A stretch of DNA of 64,000 nucleotides from an uncultured Candidatus Rokubacteria bacterium (lineage in GTDB: Bacteria; Methylomirabilota; Methylomirabilia; Rokubacteriales; CSP1-6). Each line of letters opens with the position of its first letter. The stretch's first letter is position 1. Positions 11,582 through 21,748 of the stretch are shown here, piece after piece. The stretch spans positions 800,001 through 864,000 of the forward strand of contig CAWBMV010000034.1 of the NCBI GenBank assembly GCA_963789955.1, written 5' to 3'. The notes beneath the pieces were generated by a model. The model ran no database searches, had not been told where the DNA came from, and saw nothing but the letters and a program-made list of their open reading frames with translations. The position numbers and the translations under genes are program-made.

Positions 11582-12907
11582 CTATCCGTAGATCCGCTTC
11601 AGCTCGCCCTCCGCCCACTTGGCGGCGTCCTCGGCGGACATGCCCTGGATCGCCTTGGCGTACATGTCCACGACGATGTACTTCGAGTAGGCCTCGCTGG
11701 CCTTGGCGCTCGGCGGCCCCGCGAATCCGAAGAGCTGGAAGGCCCGCGCCGCGGTCCGGTACGGCAGCATCACCGGATCTTCCTTCCACATCGCGTGCTC
11801 TTCCCAGATCTTGGTGGCGCCGACGCTGAATCCCTTTTCTGACAGGAACCATGGCTCGAAGTGCTCCTTGGCGTGGAGCCACTTCAGGAATTCCTTCGCG
11901 AGCTTCTGGTTCTTCGAGTAGTTCATGATGCCGTGATGGAAGGACGCGTGATAGTGGAACTGACCCTTCGGGCCGGCGGGGTTCGCGCCGTGCAGGATAT
12001 CGCCCTTCATCTGCTCGCCCTTGTCGGTCTTGTACTTGTCGGGGTTCCGCAGCGCCTCGATGTAGATCGACGCGCCGTTCAAGGTGGCCGAGATGCTCCC
12101 GGACAGGAACGCGCGGTTGTTGCTGGCGTCGTCCCACGCCAGCCCACCCTCGTCGCACGCGTCCTTCCAGAAGGCGGTCGCGAACTTGATCGACTCGACC
12201 GTCTCCTTCGAGTTGATCGCGACGGTCTTGCCGTCCTTTTCGACCTCTTTGCCGCCCCAGGACCACATGTAGGGATACCAGAAGCCCGGCGCGTCGCCAA
12301 AGGTGTGGCCCGCCGTCTGCCCGATCGGGACCCCCTTGGCCTTGAGCTTCTTGCCGACCTCGCGATATTCCTGCCAGGTCTTCGGGAACTCCTTCGCGCC
12401 CGCCTCGGCAAAGAGCGACTTGCGATAGGCGATCTGGCCGCCGACGATCGCGTGCGGGACCGCTCGGAATGCCTTGCCGACCTTCGTCGCGTCGATGACC
12501 GGCTGATAGAAGCCGCCCTGAGCCTTGCCGATGGGCTCGGCGATGTCGGTGACGTCGACCAGGCTCTTCTCGTAGAGGTAGCACCAGTTGTGGAGCAGGT
12601 GGAAGATGTCGGGACCGCTGCCCGACGACACCGCGGCCGTGATGCGCGGCTGCAGATCGTTGGCGTTGATGCGCTCGAGAGTGATCTCGGCGCCAAGCGC
12701 CTTGCCGGCCTCGGCCATCTGCTTGGCGAGAACCTCGTCGCCGGCCGGGACGAAGTCGACCCAGCGCGTCAGGTGGAGCTTGGCTCCCTGCGCATATGCG
12801 GGCGCCCGCTGCGCCGAAAGGATTGCGTCCAGGCCGGTTCCGGCGACCGCAGCCGCGGCACCGGAGATCCTGACGAATTGCCTTCTGTTGATCCGCTTCG
12901 CCGCCAT
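11582..12907 (-). CDS. Carbohydrate ABC substrate-binding protein, Tat-exported
   Basis: GGAGG RBS, INRRQFVR twin-Arg signal, WVDFVPAGD, WDDASNNRAFLSG. Confidence 0.92.
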   Translation of the reverse strand: MAAKRINRRQFVRISGAAAAVAGTGLDAILSAQRAPAYAQGAKLHLTRWVDFVPAGDEVLAKQMAEAGKALGAEITLERINANDLQPRITAAVSSGSGPDIFHLLHNWCYLYEKSLVDVTDIAEPIGKAQGGFYQPVIDATKVGKAFRAVPHAIVGGQIAYRKSLFAEAGAKEFPKTWQEYREVGKKLKAKGVPIGQTAGHTFGDAPGFWYPYMWSWGGKEVEKDGKTVAINSKETVESIKFATAFWKDACDEGGLAWDDASNNRAFLSGSISATLNGASIYIEALRNPDKYKTDKGEQMKGDILHGANPAGPKGQFHYHASFHHGIMNYSKNQKLAKEFLKWLHAKEHFEPWFLSEKGFSVGATKIWEEHAMWKEDPVMLPYRTAARAFQLFGFAGPPSAKASEAYSKYIVVDMYAKAIQGMSAEDAAKWAEGELKRIYG

Positions 12908-13037
12908 TGGCGATCCTCCATGATCATTCTCGGGGATACGCAGGGGTGCGCTAAACCTCCCGGAAAAGCGACGATTTTGTATCATTGGGCCATCAGGGTG
13001 TCAACCGCCAATGGCGCGGGTGCGCCAAGGGGTCGGT

Positions 13038-14267
13038 TTATCGAGCCCCGGCGGTGGCCGGACGAGCCACGGACACGACACGGGGCGCCCGGAAGGTCAG
13101 CGCGAGCACCATCGCCATCAGGCCGATCGCGGCCGAGCTGATGAAGAGCCAGGCGTAGGTGCCGAAGGCGTCGTGGATGAAGCCGCCGGCCCACGAGCCG
13201 AGGCCCATCCCGAGCGTCGAGATCAGGAACACCGCGCCGTACGCGCTGCCCATCACTTTCTCGCCGAAGTATTCGCGCGTCACGAGCGCGTAGAGCGGCA
13301 TCACGCCGCCGTACGAGATACCGAACAGCACCGCGGCAGCGTAGAAGCTCAGGGTGTCCCGAGTGAAGAGATACGAGAACACCATGACCGCCTGGAGCGC
13401 CAGGCCGACGAGCAACGTGGGCTTGGCGCCGAGCCGGTCGGCGATCATCCCGCACGCGATGCGCCCGCCCATCGACGAAAGCCCGGACACGCCGAGCACC
13501 GTCGCGGCGGCCATCGCGGTCACGCCCTGATCGATCGCGTGAGTCACCATGTGGAAGATCGGGCCGGCGTGGGCGGCGCAGCAGGCGAAGTGCGTGAGCG
13601 CGATCGCCCAGAATTGCGGCGCCCGGAGCACCTCGCGTGTGGAGAAATCGCGTTGCCGCGTGGCCGCGCCGCCGAGCGCGACGGCGCCCATGTCGGCGGG
13701 CGCGTTCTTGATGAGGAGTGCGACCGGGATCACCACCAGCCATGCGAGGTCGCCGAGCACGATCATCGCGACGCGCCAGTCGTACGCCGAGGTGACCCAC
13801 CGGGTCAGGGGCGAGAGCAGGAGCATCCCGGCGCCGCCGCCGGCGGAGACGATGCCGACCGCGAGCCCGCGATTGCTGGTGAACCACTTCGTCGCGGTCG
13901 CCGAGAGCGGTGTCAGGAAGGCGCCCGCCGCGAAACCCACGCAGAAGCCGAACGTCACGTGAAGATGCCAGAGCGTGGTCGCCTGGCTCGACAGAACCAG
14001 GCCGAGACCCAGCAGGAATCCGCCGGCGATCGTCACGAAGCGGCTGCCGAGACGATCGGAGACGGCGCCCCAGAAGAACGAGCCGACTCCCATCGCCATC
14101 CAGTTGATGAGCGCGGTCACGGACACGGAGCTGCGGCTCCAGTGCATCGAGTCCTCGAGCGGCTTGAGGAACACGCCGAGCGAGAAGAGCGAGCCCTGTC
14201 CCATGGCGACCACCGTGGCGGCGGCGAAGAGGACGACCCAGCCGTAGAAGAGTCCGCGCTGACTCAT
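13038..14267 (-). CDS. MFS transporter (OFA/MCT-like)
   Basis: About 12 TM segments, GAVSDRLGSR and GMIADRLGAK motif A copies, FYGWVV start. Confidence 0.92.
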   Translation of the reverse strand: MSQRGLFYGWVVLFAAATVVAMGQGSLFSLGVFLKPLEDSMHWSRSSVSVTALINWMAMGVGSFFWGAVSDRLGSRFVTIAGGFLLGLGLVLSSQATTLWHLHVTFGFCVGFAAGAFLTPLSATATKWFTSNRGLAVGIVSAGGGAGMLLLSPLTRWVTSAYDWRVAMIVLGDLAWLVVIPVALLIKNAPADMGAVALGGAATRQRDFSTREVLRAPQFWAIALTHFACCAAHAGPIFHMVTHAIDQGVTAMAAATVLGVSGLSSMGGRIACGMIADRLGAKPTLLVGLALQAVMVFSYLFTRDTLSFYAAAVLFGISYGGVMPLYALVTREYFGEKVMGSAYGAVFLISTLGMGLGSWAGGFIHDAFGTYAWLFISSAAIGLMAMVLALTFRAPRVVSVARPATAGAR

Positions 14268-14295
14268 GGGCGCAACTACGATAGCATGTAGCGCC

Positions 14296-15333
14296 ATGCG
14301 CCAACTTGCGTGGTCGGCTTTCGCGCTCGGCGTCGCCACGCTGATCGCGTTGTTGCTTCGCGCGGCGCTGCTGTCCCTGCTTCGTCGATGGGCTGTCTCG
14401 CCCGGCGGCTGGAACTCGCTCGCTCAGGCCATCCGGCTTCCGTCGGTCCTCTGGTCCATCGTGCTCGGAATCTGGGCCGGCAACGAGGTCGCCCGCCAGA
14501 GCGAGAGCCTCCCTCAGCGTCTGTCGCACCAGGTGGGCCTCGTGCTCGAGCTCGCGGTGATTTTCTCCGTGACCATCACGGTCTCGAACGTGCTCACGAC
14601 GCTCGTGCAGGGCGCCAGCGAGCGTCGGGCCCTCGGGCGTCCGATCACCGGACTCGGCCAATCAGTCGTTCGGGGTGTCGTGTTCATCATCGGGTTGCTC
14701 GTGCTGCTGGGCGCGCTCGGTATTGAGATCACGCCGATCCTCACCGCGCTGGGTGTGGGCGGCCTGGCGGTGGCGCTGGCGCTGCAGGACACGCTCTCGA
14801 ATCTCTTCGCCGGCGTGCACCTCCTCGCGGACAAGCCGATACGCGTCGGCGACTACGTGAAGGTCGCTGACTCCGTCGAGGGCCACGTCGTCGACATCGG
14901 ATGGCGCTCGACGCGCGTGCGGATGCTTCAGAACATCGTGGTCACGATCCCGAACAAGCGCGTCGCGGAGTCGACCATCACCAACTACGACATGCCCGAG
15001 TCGCGCATGGTGCTGCCGATCCGCGTTTCCGTCGACTACGGCGCCGATCCCGACGTGGTCCAGCGAGTGCTGCTCGAAGAAGCGGCGCAGGCCATGGGTC
15101 ACGTGCCGGGTCTGCTCGCGGAGCCGGAGCCCACGGCCCGGCTCATCCCCGGCTTCGGTGAGTACTCGCTCGATTTCACCCTGGCCTGTCACGTGAAGTC
15201 GTTCACCGACCAGTTCCTCGTTCAACACGAGCTCCGCAGGCGCATCCTCCGACGGCTCGGCGCCGAGGGGATCCGGATCCCCGTGCAAGTTCGCGGAGCG
15301 GAGCTGCGATCGGCTACAGACGGCCGGGGCTGA
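14296..15333 (+). CDS. mscS: Small-conductance mechanosensitive channel
   Basis: GVGGLAVALALQDTLSNLFAG, PIRVGDYV, IGWRSTRV, IPNKRV. Confidence 0.92.
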   Translation: MRQLAWSAFALGVATLIALLLRAALLSLLRRWAVSPGGWNSLAQAIRLPSVLWSIVLGIWAGNEVARQSESLPQRLSHQVGLVLELAVIFSVTITVSNVLTTLVQGASERRALGRPITGLGQSVVRGVVFIIGLLVLLGALGIEITPILTALGVGGLAVALALQDTLSNLFAGVHLLADKPIRVGDYVKVADSVEGHVVDIGWRSTRVRMLQNIVVTIPNKRVAESTITNYDMPESRMVLPIRVSVDYGADPDVVQRVLLEEAAQAMGHVPGLLAEPEPTARLIPGFGEYSLDFTLACHVKSFTDQFLVQHELRRRILRRLGAEGIRIPVQVRGAELRSATDGRG

Positions 15334-15354
15334 GATCTTCCCGGGTACGGCGGG

Positions 15355-15389
15355 TTGCTCACAAATACTCGTCGTGTGTATAGTAGTAT
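15355..15389 (+). promoter_or_regulatory. Sigma70-like promoter of the radical SAM gene (possibly leaderless)
   Basis: TTGCTC-18nt-TATAGT, with an overlapping TAGTAT ending 7 nt before ATG 15397; no SD. Confidence 0.5.
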
Positions 15390-15396
15390 CTCCGTC

Positions 15397-16605
15397 ATGG
15401 ACCTCAGGACCCGCGTCACCGTTCTCTCCGAGTCAGCCGACCGGGACGGCCCCCAGGGCTCGCTAATGCGTCCTGGCGACCCCGTAGGCATCACCAGGGT
15501 CCGCTACCCCGGCCGGGGCGCCACCCGGCTCATGCGGGTCATGCAGACGAACGCGTGCTCGCTGTCGTGTGGCTACTGCCCGACCTTTTGTGGGGGTCGG
15601 GTTCGGCGGACGTACCTGAGCCCGGAGGAGGTTGCGCGGGTCTTCATGGACGCCCACCGGGCGGGTCTTGCCGATGGGCTCTTTCTCACGTCCGGCGTAC
15701 CCGGACGGCCTTCCAAGATGACCGACCGCATGCTGGCCTCGGTCGAGCTCCTGCGTAGGCGTGAGGACTTTCAGGGCTATGTCCATCTGAAGCTGCTCCC
15801 GGGCGCCGAGCCCGCCCAGGTCGAGACCGCGGTGCAGCTCGCCAGCCGCGTCTCGGTCAATCTCGAAGCGCCGGGCTCGGCGTACGTCCGCGCCCTCGCC
15901 CGCGAGAAGGATTTCGCCGGCGATCTCCTGCCGAATCTCGAGCGGGCGGGGCGGTTGATGCTCGAGCGGCAGCGAGCCAGGGCTCCGTCGAAGTTCGCCG
16001 CGGTCGGCACGACGACTCAGTTCGTGGTGGGCGCGGCGGGCGAGCAGGATCGCGAGATTCTCGGCGTCGTGACGCAGCTCGAGCGGCGGCGGCTCCTGCA
16101 TCACGCGCACTTCAGCGCGTTTCAGCCGGTCGTCGGCACGCCGTTCGAGGGGAGACCCGCAACGCCGGCGAAGCGAGAGCTGAGGCTTTACCAGGCCGAG
16201 CATCTCGTGCGCCAGTACGGCTTCGGCTACGACGAGCTGATCTTCACCGCCGACGGAAATCTGCCGCTCGACGACGATCCCAAGACCGCGTGGGCGCTCG
16301 CCCATCCCGAGCGCTTTCCGGTCGAGGTCTCGCGCGCGCCGTACGAGAGCCTGGTGCGCGTGCCCGGGATCGGCCCCGCGACCGCGCGCGCCCTCGTCGA
16401 CGGACGGCGTCGTTCCGTGATCCGGTGGTCGGGCGATCTTCGAGCGGCCGGCGTTGATGTCGTGAGGGCGGGATGGTTCCTCACTTTGCGCGATCGCCGG
16501 CTCTCGAGCTCGCCGGAGCCGCGACAGCTTCGGCTCTTCCCGCACGGCGAACACCTGACTCAGGCGCCGTTTCGAACTCCCGTCCCGCCCTGCGCCTACC
16601 GCTGA
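15397..16605 (+). CDS. Putative DNA modification/repair radical SAM protein (TIGR03916-like) with HhH motif
   Basis: TNACSLSCGYC, GLFLTSGV, GYVHLK, SVNLE, TTQFVVGA, RELRLYQA, LVRVPGIG. Confidence 0.88.
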   Translation: MDLRTRVTVLSESADRDGPQGSLMRPGDPVGITRVRYPGRGATRLMRVMQTNACSLSCGYCPTFCGGRVRRTYLSPEEVARVFMDAHRAGLADGLFLTSGVPGRPSKMTDRMLASVELLRRREDFQGYVHLKLLPGAEPAQVETAVQLASRVSVNLEAPGSAYVRALAREKDFAGDLLPNLERAGRLMLERQRARAPSKFAAVGTTTQFVVGAAGEQDREILGVVTQLERRRLLHHAHFSAFQPVVGTPFEGRPATPAKRELRLYQAEHLVRQYGFGYDELIFTADGNLPLDDDPKTAWALAHPERFPVEVSRAPYESLVRVPGIGPATARALVDGRRRSVIRWSGDLRAAGVDVVRAGWFLTLRDRRLSSSPEPRQLRLFPHGEHLTQAPFRTPVPPCAYR

Positions 16606-16682
16606 CTCACGCGGCCGGCAGGGGCGATGCGCCCCGAACGTTCGGGCAACGTCAAATCAATGATTCGAGTCGCGCGCTCGTA

Positions 16683-16698
16683 TGGCATCGTGTGTGCG
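16683..16698 (+). promoter_or_regulatory. Candidate sigma54 (-24/-12) promoter
   Basis: TGGCATCGTGTGTGC gives GG-N10-GC, about 37 nt upstream of ATG 16735. Confidence 0.35.
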
Positions 16699-16734
16699 TA
16701 TGCGCGACAGGACGAACAAGGGAAAGGAGCATCC

Positions 16735-18414
16735 ATGCGCATCGATGGATTGATGGCGATGTCCGCGGCGGTTGTCCTGTTCACCGGCTGCGCGGCGCAG
16801 GGCCCGGATACGGCGCAGAGCGCGGCGCACGGGGCCCATGCGCAGAGCGGCGACGGCGCGCGCCCCGTTCTCTACGACACCCTGGGAAGCTACTCCTACA
16901 AGATCACGACCAAATCCGCAGAGGCTCAGCGCTGGTTCGATCAGGGCCTGCGCCTCGTCTACGGCTTCAATCATCACGAGGCCCAGCGCGCCTTCCGCGA
17001 GGCGGCACGCCTCGACCCCTCGTGCGCGATGTGCTTGTGGGGCATCGCCATCACGGAAGGCTCCAACTACAACGACCCCACGAACACTGAACGCGAAAAG
17101 AAGGCGGCGACCGCCGCCCAGGAGGCCGTGCGTCTCTCGGGCGGCGCGAAGCCGGCGGAGCGGGCGATGATCCAGGCTCTCGCGAAGCGTCATTCGAGCG
17201 ATCCGGCGGCCAAGCGCGAAGCGCTCGACCGCGCGTATGCCGACGCGATGCGAGAGGTGGCGCGACAGTATCCCGACGACCTCGAGGCGTCGACATTCTT
17301 CGCCGACTCGATGATGAACCTGCGGCCGTGGAGTCTGTGGACCGCCGACGGCGCGCCGCAGCCCGGCACCGAGGAGATCGTCGTCACGCTCGAGCGCGTC
17401 ATCGCCAGGAACCCGAATCACCCCGGCGCGCTCCACCTTTATATCCACGCGGTCGAGGCGAGCCGCGAGCCGGGACGCGCCGAGGCGGCCGCCGATCGGC
17501 TGAGGCCGCTGATGCCGGGGGCGGGACACCTGGTCCACATGCCGGCGCACATCTACTGGCGTGTGGGACGCTACGGCGACGCCGTGACGGTCAACGTGGC
17601 CGCGGCCGACGCGGACCGCGCGTATTTCAAGACGGCGACGCCGAGCCCGATTTATCGCGGACTCTACTATCCACACAACATCGATTTCATCTGGCAGTCG
17701 GCGGCCATGCAGGGGCGCAGCGCCGAGACCGTTCGCGCCGCGCGCGAGTTCGCCTCGAACGCTCCGGCGGAGATGATCAAGCAGATGCCGGACATGGAGA
17801 CGGCGCCGGTCGCGCCGATCGTGGCGCTCGTGCGCTTCGGGCGGTGGGACGAGGTGCTCGCCTATCCGGCGCCGCCGAGCGAGTGGACCTACACGTCGGG
17901 CGTGTGGCGCTACGCGCGCGGCATGGCGTTCAACGGCAAGGGGCAGGCCGAGCTCGCCGCGGGCGAGCTGCGCGCGCTGGAGACCATTCTGCAGTCGGTG
18001 CCGCCGGAGCGCACCGTCGCGTTCTTCTTCCGCGCGAAGAACGTGCTCCAGCTCGCGGCCAACTTGCTGGCGGGCGAGATCGCCGCGAAGGCCGGCGACT
18101 TCACGACCGCCGAACGGTTACTGCGCGCCGCCGTCGCCGAGCAAGACTCGCACTGGTTCACGGAGCCGCCGCCGTGGTACTTCCCGGTGCGCCAGTCGCT
18201 GGGGGCGGTGCTACTCCAGGCCGGCCGGCCCGGCGAGGCCGAGCAGGTCTACCGCGAGGACCTTCGGCGAAATCCGGGTAACGGCTGGTCGCTGTACGGG
18301 CTCGCGGCGAGCCTGCGCGCTCAAGGTAAGACGGCCGAGGCCGCGCAGGTCGACGAGAGCTTTCGGAAGGCGTGGGCGCAGGCCGACGTGACGTTGACGG
18401 CGTCCCGGTTCTAG
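16735..18414 (+). CDS. TPR-containing lipoprotein
   Basis: AAAGGAG RBS, lipobox LFTGC, FDQGLRLVYGFNHHEA, HPGALHLYIH, GHLVHMPAHIY and helical repeats. Confidence 0.85.
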   Translation: MRIDGLMAMSAAVVLFTGCAAQGPDTAQSAAHGAHAQSGDGARPVLYDTLGSYSYKITTKSAEAQRWFDQGLRLVYGFNHHEAQRAFREAARLDPSCAMCLWGIAITEGSNYNDPTNTEREKKAATAAQEAVRLSGGAKPAERAMIQALAKRHSSDPAAKREALDRAYADAMREVARQYPDDLEASTFFADSMMNLRPWSLWTADGAPQPGTEEIVVTLERVIARNPNHPGALHLYIHAVEASREPGRAEAAADRLRPLMPGAGHLVHMPAHIYWRVGRYGDAVTVNVAAADADRAYFKTATPSPIYRGLYYPHNIDFIWQSAAMQGRSAETVRAAREFASNAPAEMIKQMPDMETAPVAPIVALVRFGRWDEVLAYPAPPSEWTYTSGVWRYARGMAFNGKGQAELAAGELRALETILQSVPPERTVAFFFRAKNVLQLAANLLAGEIAAKAGDFTTAERLLRAAVAEQDSHWFTEPPPWYFPVRQSLGAVLLQAGRPGEAEQVYREDLRRNPGNGWSLYGLAASLRAQGKTAEAAQVDESFRKAWAQADVTLTASRF

Positions 18415-18418
18415 CCGC

Positions 18419-18901
18419 CTACTTTCCCTTCTGGATGACCTCGGCCAGCTCGCCGGCGCGGGCCGTGTCGAGCGGGCGCAGCCGGTCGAGGACGCGGCGG
18501 GCGTCGTCGAGCCGTCCGAGCTTCACGTAGGCCTCGCCGAGATATTCGAGCGCCTCCGGGAAGTTCGGACGAAGCCGCAGTGCCTCGTCGTACGCCCGAA
18601 GCGACTCTGGATAGCGCCCCTGATTGCGTAGCGCGAATCCCAGCTCGTTCCAGGCTTCCGGGAACGCCGGTCGGAGCGTGACTGCGCTGCGCTGAGCCTC
18701 CACCGCCACGTTCCAGTCCTTGCTCAGCCGCGCACGCATGCCGCGGTCGTACTCGCTCTCCGCGGTCGGCGTCGCCGTCGGCTGCCGCACCTGGTCGGCG
18801 GCGGGATTGTTGCTCGGGTCGGCGAGCGCGATCCCGGGCCGCAGCATCGACGCCGCGACCGAGAGGCCCAGCGCGATGCGGCGCAGGGTCGTCAGGCTCA
18901 C
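18419..18901 (-). CDS. Exported TPR protein
   Basis: Signal peptide, then PEAWNELGFAL and PEALEYLGEAY TPR units. Confidence 0.8.
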   Translation of the reverse strand: MSLTTLRRIALGLSVAASMLRPGIALADPSNNPAADQVRQPTATPTAESEYDRGMRARLSKDWNVAVEAQRSAVTLRPAFPEAWNELGFALRNQGRYPESLRAYDEALRLRPNFPEALEYLGEAYVKLGRLDDARRVLDRLRPLDTARAGELAEVIQKGK

Positions 18902-19653
18902 CGCGCTGCCCGTCCGCGCTCGGCCATCAACGCGGCGACGGCCTGGAGGTCGGCCTCGGTGTCGACGCCGATCGTCGGCTCCGTCGTCTCGACGACGATG
19001 ATGTCGATCCCGTTCTCGAGGAACCGGAGCTGCTCGAGCTTTTCGGTGAGCTCGAGCGGCGACGGCGCCAGACGATGAAACGCGTCGAGCGCCGGCTTGC
19101 GATACGCGTAGAACCCCGGATGCTTGAAGCGCACGACGCCGATCCCGTCGCGGTCGTACGGGATCGGGTACTTCGAGAAGTAGAGCGCCCGGCCGTCCAC
19201 GCCGCAGACCACCTTGTTCACGTTCGGGTTGTCGACCTCCTGAGGAGCCAGGCGGATCTTGAGCGTGCTCACCTGGGTCGCCGGGCGCTCGCGGAACGGA
19301 CTGACGAGAAGCCGGATGTGCTCCGGCGTCAGCAGCGGCTCGTCGCCCTGGACGTTGACGTAGACGTCCGCGGCGCGACTCTGCGCGACCTCCCAGATCC
19401 GATCGGTGCCCGACGGGTGCTCGGCCGACGTCATCACCGTCGGGATGCCGTACTTCGCGCACGCATCGACCACTTCCTTCGAGTCCGTCGCGACCAGCAG
19501 ATCCCCGAGATCCGGGGCTCGGCGCGCCGCTTCGTAGACGTGAACGATGAGCGGCTTGCCGGCGATGTCGCGAAGGACCTTGCGGGGCAGGCGAGTGGAC
19601 TGAAGGCGCGCCGGGATGACGCCGAGGACGCGGAGCGGGGCCGAGGCGCTCAC
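18898..19653 (-). CDS. kdsB: 3-deoxy-manno-octulosonate cytidylyltransferase (CMP-KDO synthetase)
   Basis: IPARLQSTRLPRK, HPSGTDR, NVQGDEP, EKLEQLR, GVDT. Confidence 0.95.
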   Translation of the reverse strand: MSASAPLRVLGVIPARLQSTRLPRKVLRDIAGKPLIVHVYEAARRAPDLGDLLVATDSKEVVDACAKYGIPTVMTSAEHPSGTDRIWEVAQSRAADVYVNVQGDEPLLTPEHIRLLVSPFRERPATQVSTLKIRLAPQEVDNPNVNKVVCGVDGRALYFSKYPIPYDRDGIGVVRFKHPGFYAYRKPALDAFHRLAPSPLELTEKLEQLRFLENGIDIIVVETTEPTIGVDTEADLQAVAALMAERGRAAR

Positions 19654-20645
19654 GGGAACGCGCGGAGTGTCCGGAGCTGAGACGCGCGCGCGTCGCCGCC
19701 GCCCGGCGCGAACGGTACGATCACCGGCTGGGTGAGTCCGGCGCGCGTGAACTCCGCGATGCGCTCACGGCAGAACGCCTCGGGCCCCACGACGCCGAGA
19801 CCCTCGAGGAAGCGCGGCGAGACCTGCTTCACGGCGCCGGAGCGGTCACCGGCGCGCCAGGCGGCGTTCAGCGCGTCGACCTCGTCGCCGAACCCGGCCG
19901 TCCTGAAGAAGCTCGCGTAGGCATCGACCGTCGCGTAGCCCGTGATGTCGCGCGCCAACGTCTCGCGGGCGGCGGTCGGGTCGTCGGTGACGCACGTGCG
20001 AATGAACGAGGCGATCTCGAAGTCGGCGAGGCTGCGGCCGGCCTTTCGCGCCCCGGACTCCAGATGCCCGATCGAGGCCGGTACCGTTTCCGGCGGGATC
20101 CAGTTCAACACGACGCCGTCGGCGATCTCGCCGGCGAGCTCGAGCATCTCGGGCCCGAGCGCCGCGAGCACCACGCGAACCGGTTTCGCGGGCGGCGGCA
20201 CCGTTAGACGGAAGTTTTTCACACGGTAGAACTTGCCCTCGAAATTCACGCGCTCGCCCGAGGCGACCATCCGGATGACCTGCACCGCTTCGCGAATCTG
20301 CTGCAGCGAGGGCGCGAAGCTGAGCCCGTGCCAGTCGCCGACGATGACCTTGCTGGAGAGCCCGATGCCGAGCAGGACCCGGCCGGGTGCCAGATGGTTG
20401 AGCGTCGCCGCGCTCTGGCCGAGGACCACCGGCGTTCGCGTCTGCACCGGCACGACGGCGGAGCCGACGTGGAGCCGGTCGGTATGGCTCGCGATCGTCG
20501 CCATGAGCGTGATCGCGTCGTAGCCGGAGGCTTCTCCGGTCCACGCCGCGTGGTAGCCGCGCGCCTCCGTCTCGCGCGCGACGGCGACGAACTCGGCCGC
20601 GGGCAAGGTGGCGAACGGAGCGAGCACGATGCCGAGTCGCGCCAT
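19650..20645 (-). CDS. LLM-class flavin (possibly F420)-dependent oxidoreductase
   Basis: Luciferase-like fold motifs GRVLLGIG and AALGPEMLELAGEIADGV. Confidence 0.88.
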   Translation of the reverse strand: MARLGIVLAPFATLPAAEFVAVARETEARGYHAAWTGEASGYDAITLMATIASHTDRLHVGSAVVPVQTRTPVVLGQSAATLNHLAPGRVLLGIGLSSKVIVGDWHGLSFAPSLQQIREAVQVIRMVASGERVNFEGKFYRVKNFRLTVPPPAKPVRVVLAALGPEMLELAGEIADGVVLNWIPPETVPASIGHLESGARKAGRSLADFEIASFIRTCVTDDPTAARETLARDITGYATVDAYASFFRTAGFGDEVDALNAAWRAGDRSGAVKQVSPRFLEGLGVVGPEAFCRERIAEFTRAGLTQPVIVPFAPGGGDARASQLRTLRAFP

Positions 20646-20664
20646 ATCGCGCGAGTATACCGCC

Positions 20665-21696
20665 TCAACCGTGGCCGTGATCGTGGTGGATGTCGGGCGT
20701 GTGCGGGTGCTCGTGCTCGATGGGACCCGTCGCGTGGGGATGGCTGTGCGGCTCCGGCCCTTCCCAGCCCTCGTGGGAGTGCTGGTGGTGTTCGTCGTGG
20801 ACGTGCACGTGAGCGTGCGTCCCCGTCGGGTGGCGGTGGTGGTGCAGGTGGCGCTCGTGAACCAGCAGCCACGTGGCCAGCGCCATGAGCGCCGCCGCCG
20901 CGAGCAAGCTGGTGGTCGGCGGCTCGCCGAGCAAGATCAGGCCGCCCGCGGCGCCGAAGAACGGCGCCGTCGCAAAATAGGCGCCGGCGCGCGCCGCGCC
21001 GAGCTCGCGCATCGCGAGGATGAGGAGGACGAGGCTCGTCCCGTAGCTCACCGCGCCGAGGGCAAGACCGAAGGCGATCGTGCCCGGCGAGGGCGGCGCC
21101 TGGCCGCTCGCGAGAGCGAGCAGGACGTTGACGGCGCCGGCAACGAGCCCCTTGACCTCGACGATGAGGAGCGGATCGCCCTCCGCGATGAGGCGGGTCA
21201 GGTTGTTGTCGAGCGCCCAGAAGAGGCACGCCCCGGTGACCGCGGCGGCGCCGGCCGCGATCGACGGATCACCCGGCGTCCAGCCCAGTACGACGCCGCC
21301 GGCGGCCATGACGACGGCCGCGACGGCGATCCGCCCGCCCAGGTGCTCGTTGAAGACGATCCCGGCCAGCAAGACCGTGAAGACGACCTCGAGATTGAGC
21401 AGGAGCGCCGTCGTCGTGGCCGAGCTTCGCTGAAGGCCCCAGAGGAGCAGGGGCGGGGCCAGCACGCCTCCCACGAGGACGACACCGGCCAGGATCCCGC
21501 GGTCGCGCGCGGTCAACGGCCGACCGGTCGCGGGACGGCGGCGCCAGAATCGCCGAACGAGACCGAGGAATATGCCGGCGCCGAGGTAGAGGATGCCGGC
21601 CAGGAACAGCGGAGGCACGGTGTCGAGCAGCCGCTTCGCGAGCGGCGCGCTGAGCCCGAAGGCCAGCGCGGCGATCAGCGCGTTGAGGATCGCCAT
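20665..21696 (-). CDS. DMT/EamA transporter with His-rich C-terminal tail
   Basis: Two EamA halves (LLLNLE, WALDNNLTR, AYFATAPF); 24 His in the last 64 residues. Confidence 0.9.
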   Translation of the reverse strand: MAILNALIAALAFGLSAPLAKRLLDTVPPLFLAGILYLGAGIFLGLVRRFWRRRPATGRPLTARDRGILAGVVLVGGVLAPPLLLWGLQRSSATTTALLLNLEVVFTVLLAGIVFNEHLGGRIAVAAVVMAAGGVVLGWTPGDPSIAAGAAAVTGACLFWALDNNLTRLIAEGDPLLIVEVKGLVAGAVNVLLALASGQAPPSPGTIAFGLALGAVSYGTSLVLLILAMRELGAARAGAYFATAPFFGAAGGLILLGEPPTTSLLAAAALMALATWLLVHERHLHHHRHPTGTHAHVHVHDEHHQHSHEGWEGPEPHSHPHATGPIEHEHPHTPDIHHDHGHG

Positions 21697-21748
21697 GACG
21701 ACGCGCCGCCATTGTACTGGGCGGCGCCTCCCGATAGAGTGACGTTTG

